From Phallusia mammillata (lineage: Eukaryota): DNA of 64,000 nucleotides. The stretch covers positions 17,918,001 to 17,982,000 of the forward strand of contig OZ281494.1 of NCBI GenBank assembly GCA_965637545.1. The letters are read 5' to 3'. Below are positions 52,101 through 64,000 of this stretch, one piece after another. A program made the position numbers and the translations under genes. The notes under the pieces are model-generated. The model did no database searches, was not told the DNA's origin, and saw nothing but the letters and a program-made list of their open reading frames with translations. How positions within the stretch are numbered: the stretch's first letter is position 1; each line of letters starts with the position of its first letter.

Positions 52101-55100
52101 TGAGTGGCTGAGTCCTTAAGATCCTTATTGGCCCAACTGTAATTGAATCTTGCGTGTGGTAATCTTCAACTACGACAGCGAGGGCAACGTTACCACGAAC
52201 GGGGCTAGAAGGATTGTAGTTCAGAACACAATTCGCCTGAAAAATGAAAGTTTGGTTACCTCAAGACTGTACACAAGTTAATCCTACGGTCAATAGCCGA
52301 TGTAACGTCATAAAGGCAGGGACAACGATAAAGCATTTTGTAAAACAGTATGTTTGGTCTTTCGCAAGTAAGCACGCCCTACCTATGTAAAATAAAATAA
52401 ATGATTTTTAGTTTAAAGTTGTTAGTTTAAAAATGTCTCAACATGGCCCAACTACATTTAATGTAACAGTTTGAGGCAAGCGTGTTTTAAACATACTTTC
52501 AAGTATGGCACAAAAATCTGTTTCCTAATTTTTTATGTAATTGCAGCAGTGTTTTTTTTAATTTGGATGACAACTATATTGGGCAAAGCTTTTAGATTAA
52601 ATTACGACAGCAATATGCTAGAAACCCATTGACATTAATGTGGCTAAAGTTGCAGGAATCGCAACAGTTCATGACAAATTAACGCCCAATCCAGATTACA
52701 AATCAATGCATTAATGCTGTTTTTACCTTTACCAAACACGTTCACAAGTAATTGGGTCAAACAATTGTCACGTAATTCCGACCCAAAACGCCTGACGCAA
52801 ACTGCGTTGTTATGATTATGTTGCGCAAGAAGAAAAATTACGCATTTGCAAAGGTTTGTGACCAACAATCCACCAAAAGTAACGAATCTCCGAAAAGCAA
52901 GCGGTTTTGTATTTCGTGGCAATGTTGTCGGTGGCGTCTTGTACAATATAAACACAAGTTGTTCTATGAGGACACTACAAAATCAGATGTCCCCCTTCAT
53001 TCATTCTATAATTTAAGTGTTTTTATGGAAATATTTTTTCACAAATTTGTTTTACTGGCTTAAATGTACTGATTTTATTGCTTTTGAAGCTCCCTAGCCC
53101 AAGCAATAGTAACGTAAGTTGCGTTTTTTAACAATTTGTAACAAAGTAAGAAATCCATGTAAAGTCATTTTTTAGTATCTGCTTACCGCTTGATTAAAAC
53201 ATCAAGTAATAATAACGCAAAATATAAAAAAGGATCATATTTTATGTCAACTACCTCATCCAGAGTAAAGTCCTCATGAAACGAACACACGTGACCGCAT
53301 TCCAAAAAGTCTTTACCCAATCTGCACGTCACATTATCTTGGTCTTCGTCGCTCACATTCAGTTGTATGCTTGCCGCTATTCCAGGTTCTAAACTACATG
53401 TGAATGTATTTTTTACAATGTGATAATAATCTTGAAAATGGTAATATTGTAAATTGGTTCCATGATGTTTTTGAATTTTATACAATTAGTTCATCCCTTC
53501 GCGGCGTGAGGGCAAACTTGATGTAACGTTTGATTTCAGAATATAGTAATTTAGCAAAAGTACCAGTTGCAAGTCAAAAATATGCGGTACAGAAGTAGAA
53601 TTGGAACAGATGTTACTGTGAAAATCATCAAGTGGCTTATAGCTTCGAATCAGGAAACGGGCACCATGTAATTGTAGACAGATAGCACATAGCTGTCGCA
53701 CGTCAAGTGGGGGGTTTTAACCAGCCTTTACAGGCGCCTGCCAGTTGGTGTCCGATAACTTGGTCTTTCGTGCGACAGCTCAAACTTCAACGGTTTGGAC
53801 AAAAAGAACATTTCCGCTAAACAGGCAATCAACTATAATTCTTGAATGAGCAAACACATGCTATTGTTGAAAACAACGTCATTTACACGTTAAATTCTTG
53901 TAAAACAACGGTTGTAATTGACAGTTTCTGTTAATTATTTGCCAACGGGGTTTTAACTGTCCACAAGGACGTAATTGTGCTTACGTTATTGCAAGCGGTG
54001 ACGTCACAACGGGTGCACGATTAATAAGTCCTGTGTCGCTTCTCTCCCCTAAAAGAACTTTCGTACTCAGTGCAAATTCCGAACTGTCTTTGCTGTTTAA
54101 TGTTTCGCTCCAACAGCAGTGCATCATCCTATGTAGAATAACAATGGTTTGTGAAACCCATTTTTTACATTTGTTGAAAAAATTACTAGCAGAGTAAATA
54201 GTTTTGTTTCCCAAAACATGAATGTTTTTAAACTTACGAAATTTCAAAAAATGTGTCTTCTTGAAAAGTGTAATCAACTACGTTTTGTCCTGTTGCCCAA
54301 TCGTTGGCTTCATCGAAACCGGTACAATGCACTCCTAAAAAACACGAATATTAAGTAAATACCGAAACATGTAGTTACTGTCGAGTGTTATGATACATTT
54401 TACTGTTGGCGGGCATAAGCTCAAAGTCTAAAAGATGAGAGACGTAGGTTGATTCTATTGAATTAAAAATCATAGGTTCTAATTCCAAAAACAAACATCA
54501 CGACTAAAAATGTCCAAGACAAATGATAAAGACGTCACTAAATGAGCGTTGCCAGAAAGTGTTTTAAATTGTTTTTGTATGCTAATAAAAAATGTAGACA
54601 TTTAAGCATCATCGGCCTGTGCAAAAAAAGCAAGAACAGCGCAAAAACGTTGTAAGTGCTGCCAATTGTGAGTGGGCAATTTATATTCTTCCCGGAATCT
54701 TGATGCAAGTATTTTAACCGAAAGCATGTAACTTGCACGCAATGATGACGAGGTTCTGATAGCTAGCTCTGAAATGTCAATCGAAAATTGCAAAACACGC
54801 AAAACTTTGGTTGTATTTGGTTCATTAGTATAATTATTAACATGATTTAACGTCAAGTTTATAGAGCTCTTCTGGCAAATGATTTAACGTGATGTTGTGT
54901 TACCATTTCTTAATAATCAAAGGCATTTGTAGATGCATTGGAAACTAAAACTGATGCCGCCTTTTTATTTCCGCATGCAACAGGTACACACACCGATTCA
55001 GTGTAACTGCTCAAAACTATAATCGGCGCTGATGTAGTCTACTTTGTTTCATAAAATATTTGTCCATTCATTCTGAATGTTAATTGATACTTAGGCTATA

Positions 55101-57366
55101 TTTTAAATTTTTTTGAATATTTAGGCCGGAAAGTTGTACCGTGATAAAAAGATACATAATTACACTGGGTAAATTTAGTGCAACAGTCACTTATGTGCGT
55201 ACGCGTGATTCGATGTACGATTTTCATTTATTTACAACGTTAATCGAAACAGTTTCCAAGTAATTCAGAATTAATTTATTTGGTGTGCATCGAATTCGGT
55301 ATAAATACGAACAGTCCAACTGCATCAGAAAAACAAAATCTCTTACTTGTGGACCCCACTGGTCCGGAACAACCAGACATACACATCCATTGTGAATCTC
55401 TTGCACCGATTAAACCCGCCTCGGCAATCGTGGAGTTGTCGCATTTCGCGTGAGATCGAATCCAGGACAATCGGTATGTGAATGTCACCTAAAACAAATT
55501 ATCATTGTAAAAGTAAACTGATAAAACTATTCGTGTTATGTGCACATAACAGCATTATTTGTGTTAAATTACTCACTTTCTCAAATAGTGAATAAAACAT
55601 CATAACAAATGTAAATACTCGCCACTTTAAAATGCGTTGTGGCAGCAGATTTCAGAACCCGCGCAGGTCAGTTAACTTACAGTTTCGCCTTTCAGCATCA
55701 CAAATTGCAAGCATGAAATTACTGGTTTCTGTTACGACCTTTCTACCCCACCAGGGCAGTTTTGCGCCAACGGCGTATCTCCCATGTAATTGTATTTGTT
55801 TTCCCAGCACATAACGTACATATTGTATGACGGTTTATAGTTATAGGTGCGTAAATGTAGCCTATTTCAGAACGTTACTTTGGCCTCTGTGTGCAAGGTG
55901 TTGTCGATAAATAGCTTTCTGCGCAACATGGTAAGGAGACACGATAATTTTGCACAGCTAAGTTTTTGTGCCAACTCTTGCAAAGTTTTGGTTTTCATTT
56001 CGGCATACTTTTACAGGCTTTATTTGTTTGTAATTAAACACACCGGGTAATGATTTTGCTAGATGAAACTGCCAGAAATGCTTTGGCTAAAATTCAATTG
56101 CCGTTTGACGTTATTAAATTCTTGCCAGGTCACGCAAGTTTTTGTCTTGACGGCAAATTGACTGTAATTTACGACTAAAGGTGGCAAATTGAGTCTCGTT
56201 GGAATTTTGTTTATCCTTCATCATCGAGTATTGTCACGTGGTATTACAAGCTAATAAACTGAACCGAATGGAACAAATTAAATTAAAAAAGGGCAATGCC
56301 ATATTTGCGGCTATCATTTACTGCATAACACAGGGTAAACAAAGATTTGGACGGTTTAACACTGCCAAGAGTCAATCATCAACAAGCGATGTTTACATAC
56401 TCGATGATAGATCACGTAAACTTTTCTACTTTCAACTCATTACGTTTCGTTATAGAACAGCGGAAGATACGTACAGTCAAACTTCGATGCTATGCCACCT
56501 TGATATTATGCCACCCTCGCTACTATACCACTTTTGATCGTCACCAACTAAATTCAATAGAAAATATATTTACTATGCCACCCCTTACCCTTGATACTAT
56601 GACACATGAGAGTACAGTATTACTGTATTAACGGTCTGGTTCCGGATTGAAAATTGACAATTTTTGGTTTGAGCTCATGATAAAACAGAGAAAACATGAA
56701 AAACAAATCGTTGAGTAAACAAACGTGGTCATGTTAAGATGTTTCACGGCTTTGGAGCGAGTTATGTAAACGTCGTTCCGTGCTTGTGTCACGACAAAAC
56801 TAACAGAACCTGTTTGTTCTATATGCACGATCTATCCGTTTTTTTGTAATAAATTATACTGCATACTGTACCTACCTTATACTGTATACAGTAATAAATT
56901 ACAATCGTACAACACAGCGTGGCATTACAGAACATTGTCATGTCACAAGGCTATTTTTACAACCAACCCTCGCTATTATGCCACCCTCGCTACTATGCCA
57001 CTTTCTCTCGGTCCCAAAGGGTGGCATAGTATCGAAGTTTGACTGTATTAGAGTTGTGGTCTTGCGATAATAGCGAAGGGTTGCTAGTCTTGGGGCTATT
57101 GCAAGCTATCAATCACCCAAATTAGGCTATAACCTATACTTTCTGCACAAGGTGAACACGTAACAAAAAGTAAGCCCACAAACATTAACATTCTTACTGC
57201 CTACCTTTCTGTTGCTCGAAGAATAATCGTCGCTTGGTTTCCACGAAATCGTCCCTCCGCGAAAATGCGTTGCGTTCACGGCTGCGGCGTCCGAAAAAAC
57301 TCCGACTACAAATAACACGGCCAGGGGTACAATAATTTTCTGTAAAGTCCGAGTAATCGTCGACAT
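28154..57366 (-). CDS. giant secreted zonadhesin/IgGFc-binding-protein/tectorin-like protein: signal peptide, HFRGG module, 6x(VWD-C8-TIL-TILa), EGF, Mucin2_WxxW
   Basis: About 61 GT-AG exons traced by eye. The first (57366-57205) encodes [47 protein letters not shown] motifs (e.g. [29 protein letters not shown]), C8 ([24 protein letters not shown]) and TIL ([18 protein letters not shown]) recur six times: ~45990-51322, 41272-45866, 37944-41152, 35089-37758, 32683-34777, 29731-32502. EGF exon 29416-29541. The last exons 28604-28751 and 28154-28289 end in [15 protein letters not shown]. Confidence 0.9.
43576..43715. mobile_element. 140-bp fold-back MITE (Tc1/pogo-like) in an intron
   Basis: 40-bp inverted arms CGGTAGAGC(C/T)ACTTACACAAGAACTC(A/G)CGGCACAGGCCTG with 2 mismatches. 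TA on the right flank, AA on the left. Confidence 0.75.
56474..57045. mobile_element. Tc1/mariner-pogo (Tigger-like) MITE in intron 1 of the VWD gene
   Basis: 26-bp TIR CAGTCAAACTTCGAT(G/A)CTATGCCACC flanked by TA on both sides. Internal TATGCCACC repeats. Confidence 0.9.
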
Positions 57367-60300
57367 GTTTGTTCTCCGCCTCTTCCTGGTTTCGTTATTA
57401 TAACGACAGGGGCTCTGTGCAGCAGCTCTACAGTTTACGCAGCACAAACGGAATTTTACAGAGTTCGTATGATTCCTAATGCCAATAGAGCCTGCAAATG
57501 CATTTTCCTGTTGCATTGTATGTCCACCTCCTTCACTTCGCATCATCAATGTGTCGCGTTTAGCGCTTAAACAGTTTGCAGTGACAACGTGCTCTATGCG
57601 TCGGTACATGGAGGTTTACTGTGGCGCACTACGTTGTCATGTGTTCGACGCGTGCTGGACCTCTCACTAACACCCTGCCTTTTTCTGGGGCCCTTCGTCT
57701 TTTCGATCGTGACAATTAAGCGGCAAGGATTATGAGGCGATTCGTGACCGACTGCCCGTATCGGACAATGCCCTGTGATGTCATTTTGTGGCCTGACGTA
57801 AAAGTCAATTATCTCTCATAAGTTTCGGGCGAAACTTGTTGGCGTAACCATGTACATTTCGTGTAGAAAAAAAACGTAAGCAAGTTTAAAAACACAAGCC
57901 TGAGCAAAACGTAACAAATCTAAAAAGGTTACATGCTAATTACGAAACCTGTGATGTGCATCTGTTTACGTTACTTAGGCCGCAGCTTTGCTTCTTATCA
58001 TTATGTTTTGCGCCTACAATGCAAATACACCCAGAGGCAACATACCCTTCGCTAAAGCGACGAACCGTTGCACGGGAATGTGTCAAATATTTTCTCTTTC
58101 TATCTGCAAAGTATCAAAAGCGTCACTCATATATGCAGCAACATTACAACATTGCTTATTACTGTTTTGCCTGGTTTTCGGCAAAATTTAACGACAGTAT
58201 GTGCATGGAATAAAATGAATTATATGAGTCAAACTTACATTGTTTCAGGTTGAGGTATCAAACAATAAAAAAGCACATGTCTGTAAAGTACCTTATAAGG
58301 CACAGCTAAGCAAGTAATTAATAACTACGCCGGTATTCTGCCTAATCGCAACGTTCACAGTCTTTGATGGGATCGGTGCTCTGTTGTGTTGATGTAACGA
58401 GCAGATGATTTGAATGGGTTCACAAGATTACACTACAACCTTCGCCGTAAATCCCCTTCAATCCGATTTCAACTACGCACAAACGGGCTAGATTCAGGAT
58501 TGCTTGCACCTGTAGCGCTTTTTTGAATACTTGCGTTACTTTCGGTCGTAGCAAGAAAACGGGAGAATGTGACATTTGCAGTAAGTTAGGCGTGTCCTGG
58601 CAATTTTGCAATCATCTATTTTTTATGCATTATGATTTTATTTTATTTTGTTTTCAATTTTAATCTTGAGGTCAACTTTTCACCTCAGACTCATTTTATA
58701 TAGCAATTTGTATTAATTTTGACACACAAAATTTTGAAAATTCGTCTACCATGTAAAAGGTCATCACAAACATCTTTAACATTTAAAAGTAAAAAAAAAA
58801 GTTTATGAAAGACGGCGTTGTCGTTGGTGACTTTGCTGTGTGACCACACCGCTTAACATCGGCAACCACAATTTCGCGTCAACGTTGGCGTATCTATATG
58901 TGGCAAGCAATTGTCGTCAGTGCAGTTGTGGAAAGCAGAAAGTGCCATTACACCACCTAGTGTGCAGTAACGTGTAAATGCCTGAAAAGTTTATTCCTGC
59001 CCCTCTTTTAAATTCAAAAGATGTACACATACACGTAGTACGTTGGTGTGAGTTTGCAGCCGCACGATCTTGTTATCGCTGTTTTATGTGTGGTTGGTTG
59101 CAATTTATCGCTTTATAAGAAATTTGTCTTACAAGATATGCCATTATCCTGATGAAGGCGTCGTGTATAGGACGTCGAAACGTCGATTGTTTATAATAAA
59201 ACTGCTGGATGAGCAATACTCGGTTAAACATTATGCCTGGCAGCAATAGCTTATTTGGTAATTCATTAGTTTGACAATACTCACACAACTTGAAATTTAT
59301 GTTAATTATTGATTGTTCTCTAATGTAATTGATTTGAGGAAAGTAACACTGAAAAGACCAGGAAGTGAAAGGTTTCAGTTACTTAACAATATGTTTTCCA
59401 GCAACTATCATAATCAACGATGAGATAACAATGGCATGTCTTATTCATACAACATATTCACAATGTATTCACAATACACATTTCTCCTTGCAAAGTCTAC
59501 AAAAATATGTTCAGTTGTTTTGCCATCAACAAACAAATCTCATCCGGCCACAATACTGCGTCTTTCTGATTAATTTTTGCGTGGCTTTTCTTATCGCTTT
59601 GCAAAATACCCTAGGCTATGCGCTTATCGTAAACAACTCTTTAGAAAAATCTGTGCAAAAAACCTGCGGCTATATGACTGTCAGTAATTTGTGCACAGTA
59701 TTTTATTCTCTGGATAAAATTACCCCTTGCGATTTTAAGCACATTTCTTGTTGTGTGGTTTGTAATTTCATGAATCGAACCTTATTTGTATCGTTCGTGC
59801 ATATAAGGTCACATATAACACGCCCTTTTAATCTAAAAGGAGTGGTAAAGAGTTTGCGAAATCAACGCCGCTTTACAACAAACCAAATTGTTTTAATATC
59901 ACTCCGTTTTTCAAATTTTCTCTAAATGCAAATGTGCAAAGTCGCCGAAAAAGCATTACCTTTATTACCTAACTTCGACACCTATACTAAACTGATACTT
60001 TCAGTACACTGAAATTGGTCCCCGTTTTTCTTTGTACCCTATGCTCACTTTTGGCGTTATAACCAGGCACTACCTGTAGTACTCGACGTATCACACTAAT
60101 GTAAGATTTTGTGTTGTTAGTTCGATTTTAAATGATCTGTTATCTGGAATACGGGCCCCGTTGTCCGAATTTTTCGTGTTCCGAGTGCACAGGATCTGAT
60201 AACTTTTAGAGTATTTAGACAAAGGTGTCTGTTTAGAGTTATCTGACAGCGCAGACCGATGGAGTGGTCGAGCGGATTTTCGGAAAATACAACGTCGAAT

Positions 60301-63300
60301 TCTCGCGATATGAGTCAGACACTAATACCTTCTATGTAACCAACGCTGTAAGATTTCTCGTTGCGTAAAATTCTACAAAAATTGCGATTTACTATTCGGT
60401 ACAAATAAATTACTTGCTTGACACAAAACAAAGCTGATATGAGGACACCAATATTAAATCAATGCTGAACCAGGCTGTTTTACCAAAGACTACAAATTGT
60501 CATTGTGAACAGTCTAAAACAAAACAACTTCAAAAAATCTAAGTTAGAAACAAAACACCTACTCACGTATAAAAACACCATCTTCGGGCACTTACGTTCA
60601 ATGTCTATTGCAATTTCAGAAGCTACGTTTCTCACAAGAAGGTCCTGCGTGAATCGGTCATTTAATATGACAGACCCTGGTAAAACAGTCGTGTCTATTC
60701 AAAAAGAGGCGTGATAGACAGGAGTCATGACTTGCCGATTTCGGGTACCACAGCATGTAAATAAGGCCCGTGTCCAGGGTGCCTGGCCCGATACAAACGA
60801 TTACCGGTGCCCACCGGAAAACGAATAGCGTGTTTGTTGTTACATAACGTGCCACTTAATATTGTGTTTTAATGCAAATTTGCAGACCCACCAGTATTGC
60901 GTAATAGTAGTTTGGTAATTGCGCCACACAATAAACTGCTGATTAGGTCACGACCTCTGTTATTTACCCTTAATGACTGCCGGCGACGTGCTATGCCCCC
61001 GTGAGTTACCAATATTGTTTCCATTTTCGGAGGCAATATGGCAAAGCGCCAGTTATTCTTTGATGTATGTAAACCTTGGTTTAAAAACGTTATCGCTGTT
61101 TTACTATTTGGTTAGATTTTGAAACAACATGCGAAAAAGGCGTATAATATAAACTTACGATTATGTTTCCTATGAGTCTAATGTGTTGAACTATTTTTAA
61201 ATTGATGATAAGTGCATCGCGCAATTAAGTGCATTTTTTCGCTAAGCTCATGCGCATTCTCACTGTATGTAAATGAGTACTTTTATTACAACAATATTAT
61301 CAATAATGACATACTTATTTGCTTTTCGAGTCTTAACGTAGGTTGTTATTGTTCTTTAGTGTCCACACAAATTTATTGCAACTTTTAGTCTTTTGTTGAC
61401 CCTTGACCCGAAACACGTCACTGATCATACAGATAAAAAACTGGCCGTCAGGCATATTAAGTGACTGTTTTACTGCCATCAGCTAACAAGCTAAATATTC
61501 TATAGATTAAAACCAATTGTCACAAGTACACCTCTCGTTCGACTGTGGGATTTTGTTCCAACACAAAAACTCAATAGTTAAGATTCTTGTGCTAAAGAAC
61601 TTTGCCTTCGTCATATTCAAGGTATTACCTAATAAAAATTCCGCACCTTCTTTACGCCACGAAAGGATTTTTGTAGGAATTGCGGTTGTGCACCTGCCGG
61701 CTAGAAACAAACAATACTTAGCGGGAATTTCATTCCACAAACCACAAGATTAAATCGTCTTTGTTGTAAGTTTAACTAACCGCGAGCCTATCACAATCAC
61801 GTCTCTTATTCCTTTATTAGCTGCAACTGAGCAATATACCTGGTCACACGAAGTTATTCTACAGTTTTTCCTATGATACAATTTAAATTGTACTTGCAAC
61901 ATGGCAGCAAGTATAACTGTTGCTTTTATGTCAACAAATTTGGTATATCACATAACCGTCTGGAGTACAAGTCACGCGGTATGTCACTTTAGCCTAAAGC
62001 CGAACCATAAACATAAAAAATGTAACACAGTCAGTGCGAAACAGCTGAGCAATGATCACATCGTGCGCAAGATCTCGATTAGATATTGTGATAGCCCACG
62101 CGTTCCCCCAACAAGTCGAAGTAACGATTTCTGCAGAGAGGTAATTTGCCTGTTTCTCGCAAACTGTTGACCTGACATTTGCCGAGGCCAACCTAGATTT
62201 GTTAACCACGGTTTGAGGGAATTCCAGTAAAGTTGCTTTGCTGTTGGGATGCTGCCAGGCTTCTGGTGTGCACATAAAACTTTTGTCATGTGGATTGCAA
62301 AACGGGGCGTCGGCACAAATCCGCTAAGATAGTCCAACTGATCAGTAATTTATGTTCAACAGTAGCCAAGCCTAACGTACTTAATAAGTAATGAAAAATG
62401 TTTCTCGTTTTACCTTACAATCAGGTTAGCTGAGCTTATAGGTGGCTATCATGTTGTGAAACCGTTTTTTTATTGTGGGTATGCACTGTTATACACCGCT
62501 TGGACCATACGACGTTTGATGAGATATTTCTCGGTGGTGAATAACAAGTTAATACTCGTACGTTTAAACGTGCGTAACAGTCGTGAAACGACATGTCAAA
62601 TCCATTAAAACAGTGCATGCACGAAAAAGTGTTAAATCAGGTAATCTGCTGACCTGCTTTGCACTGTCGTGACGTTCATGCGTCTCATGTTATTCGGAAC
62701 GTTCCCAAAATGCGCAAACGGTAAACTTTAACCCGTTCTTGCATGCGATTTTTTGCAAAGAAAATGGCGCAAGACTTATCTTACTTACCCTTTGGAAGTA
62801 AGTTCCAGTACTTAATGACCTTTAAATTCGTCATTACACTGTACTGAATGATGCAATTGCACCATGGTTTCAAAGTTAAACTTTTGAAACCGTTCTTTGA
62901 AATTTGAAATTTGAAATTAACGCTTTGCACCTTTAAGCAATTTTTAAAAAGTTTAAAGTTTTTTTTTGCCATATTCGCTAAACAAACTGTCGGCGAGACA
63001 AGCATTTTTGGGCGTAGACGACATTTCGCTGGTTAAAATTAATGATTCTTTGACGCAAAGGCTTGTCAGGTGGTATCGAATGACGTCAATGTTAGTTGCA
63101 ACTGTCATGCAAAACCCAAAGTTGCTTTGGCACTGTGAAGTCGTTTGCATTAACTGTTAATGAAGACAGCATGATGCCGTTAGTTGGGTTAACCAAGTTC
63201 AAGATGCAGAGTTATCAAACAACAACCATTTGATTTCGAAGTACGAATACTTGTAGCTATGTCTGAATTTTCACTTTGGTAATAAATGCATCTTTTGACA

Positions 63301-64000
63301 ATACCACAGTTATCATAAGAAAAGTAAATTTATACGGTGGCTGTTGATAAATCCGCTGCAACAAAACATCTGCACTTGCAAAGTTTCGTAGTACAAACAA
63401 ATTGCCGGAAATCACGTGAAAGGCCAGCTGTGATAATGACGCAACGCATTACCAACAAAAAACGTGAAGTTTTTGCGCTACCGAAGCAGCAACTTTCATT
63501 TTGTCAAAGTTACACCCTTTTTTCTCGGCCGTAAACTTGCGAAGTATACATACATGTTATCTAAGCCATGGCCATTATGAGCGAAAGAAGCAATGTACCT
63601 CAAAATTTCATAACTTTCGAACAACAGATTGTCGTTCACCGCTATAGCGTTGGACTTTAAATTGTCAACTTGCTGCAAACTAATTTCAAGAGAAATGAAC
63701 AACCAATGTTTTAGATTTTGGTGTACAAATCATCTTTGTAAAACTGATCCTATGTAATGACTTTTGCATCCAACTAAACACTGTATAAGCCAACTAGAAA
63801 CGTACCTCACAGAACTCAATTACATCTAAGAACTACCAAATATTTCTGGGTCTACAAATACGAGCTAGATATCTCAATTTTGTCACCACAGAAAAAATAA
63901 TCTGTAACTACACTTTATCTACAGTTTCGTTCGCTTATTAAAATTAAAAATCAGCCTTGGTGGTGGTCATGTTGAATTACGGTCTCTCGATAGCACAAAG

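Noticed and set aside
59365-59925. 186-aa plus-strand ORF
   Set aside because: Composition is typical of translated AT-rich non-coding DNA, with no motifs or splice context.

Overview
AT-rich, intron-rich animal genomic DNA. It is probably from a marine invertebrate chordate such as an ascidian (inference from gene content and intron style, not proven). All recognisable genes are on the minus strand. (1) Two intact paralogues of the single-LIM protein CRIP (2612-9371 and 15464-23127) arose from an old ~12-13 kb tandem duplication whose junction (~14786) falls inside a copy of FBXO28 exon 3. (2) A complete 7-exon FBXO28 lies at 25060-27185. (3) A ~61-exon gene (28154-57366) encodes a roughly 2,900-aa secreted mosaic protein: signal peptide, invertebrate 'HFRGG' N-terminal module, six VWD-C8-TIL-TILa units, EGF, a predicted helix and a C-terminal Mucin2_WxxW domain. 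Comparing the two CRIP copies exposes many DNA-transposon insertions (hAT MITEs including a three-level nest, a 3 kb P-like element, a Charlie-type transposase relic). It also exposes conserved blocks in CRIP intron 3 that look like alternative last exons; one shows a synonymous-substitution signature. The top candidates for an undescribed system are this CRIP 'swappable tail' exon cassette and the giant mosaic secreted protein. 57.4-64 kb has no confidently identifiable gene. All alignments, counts and translations were done by eye.
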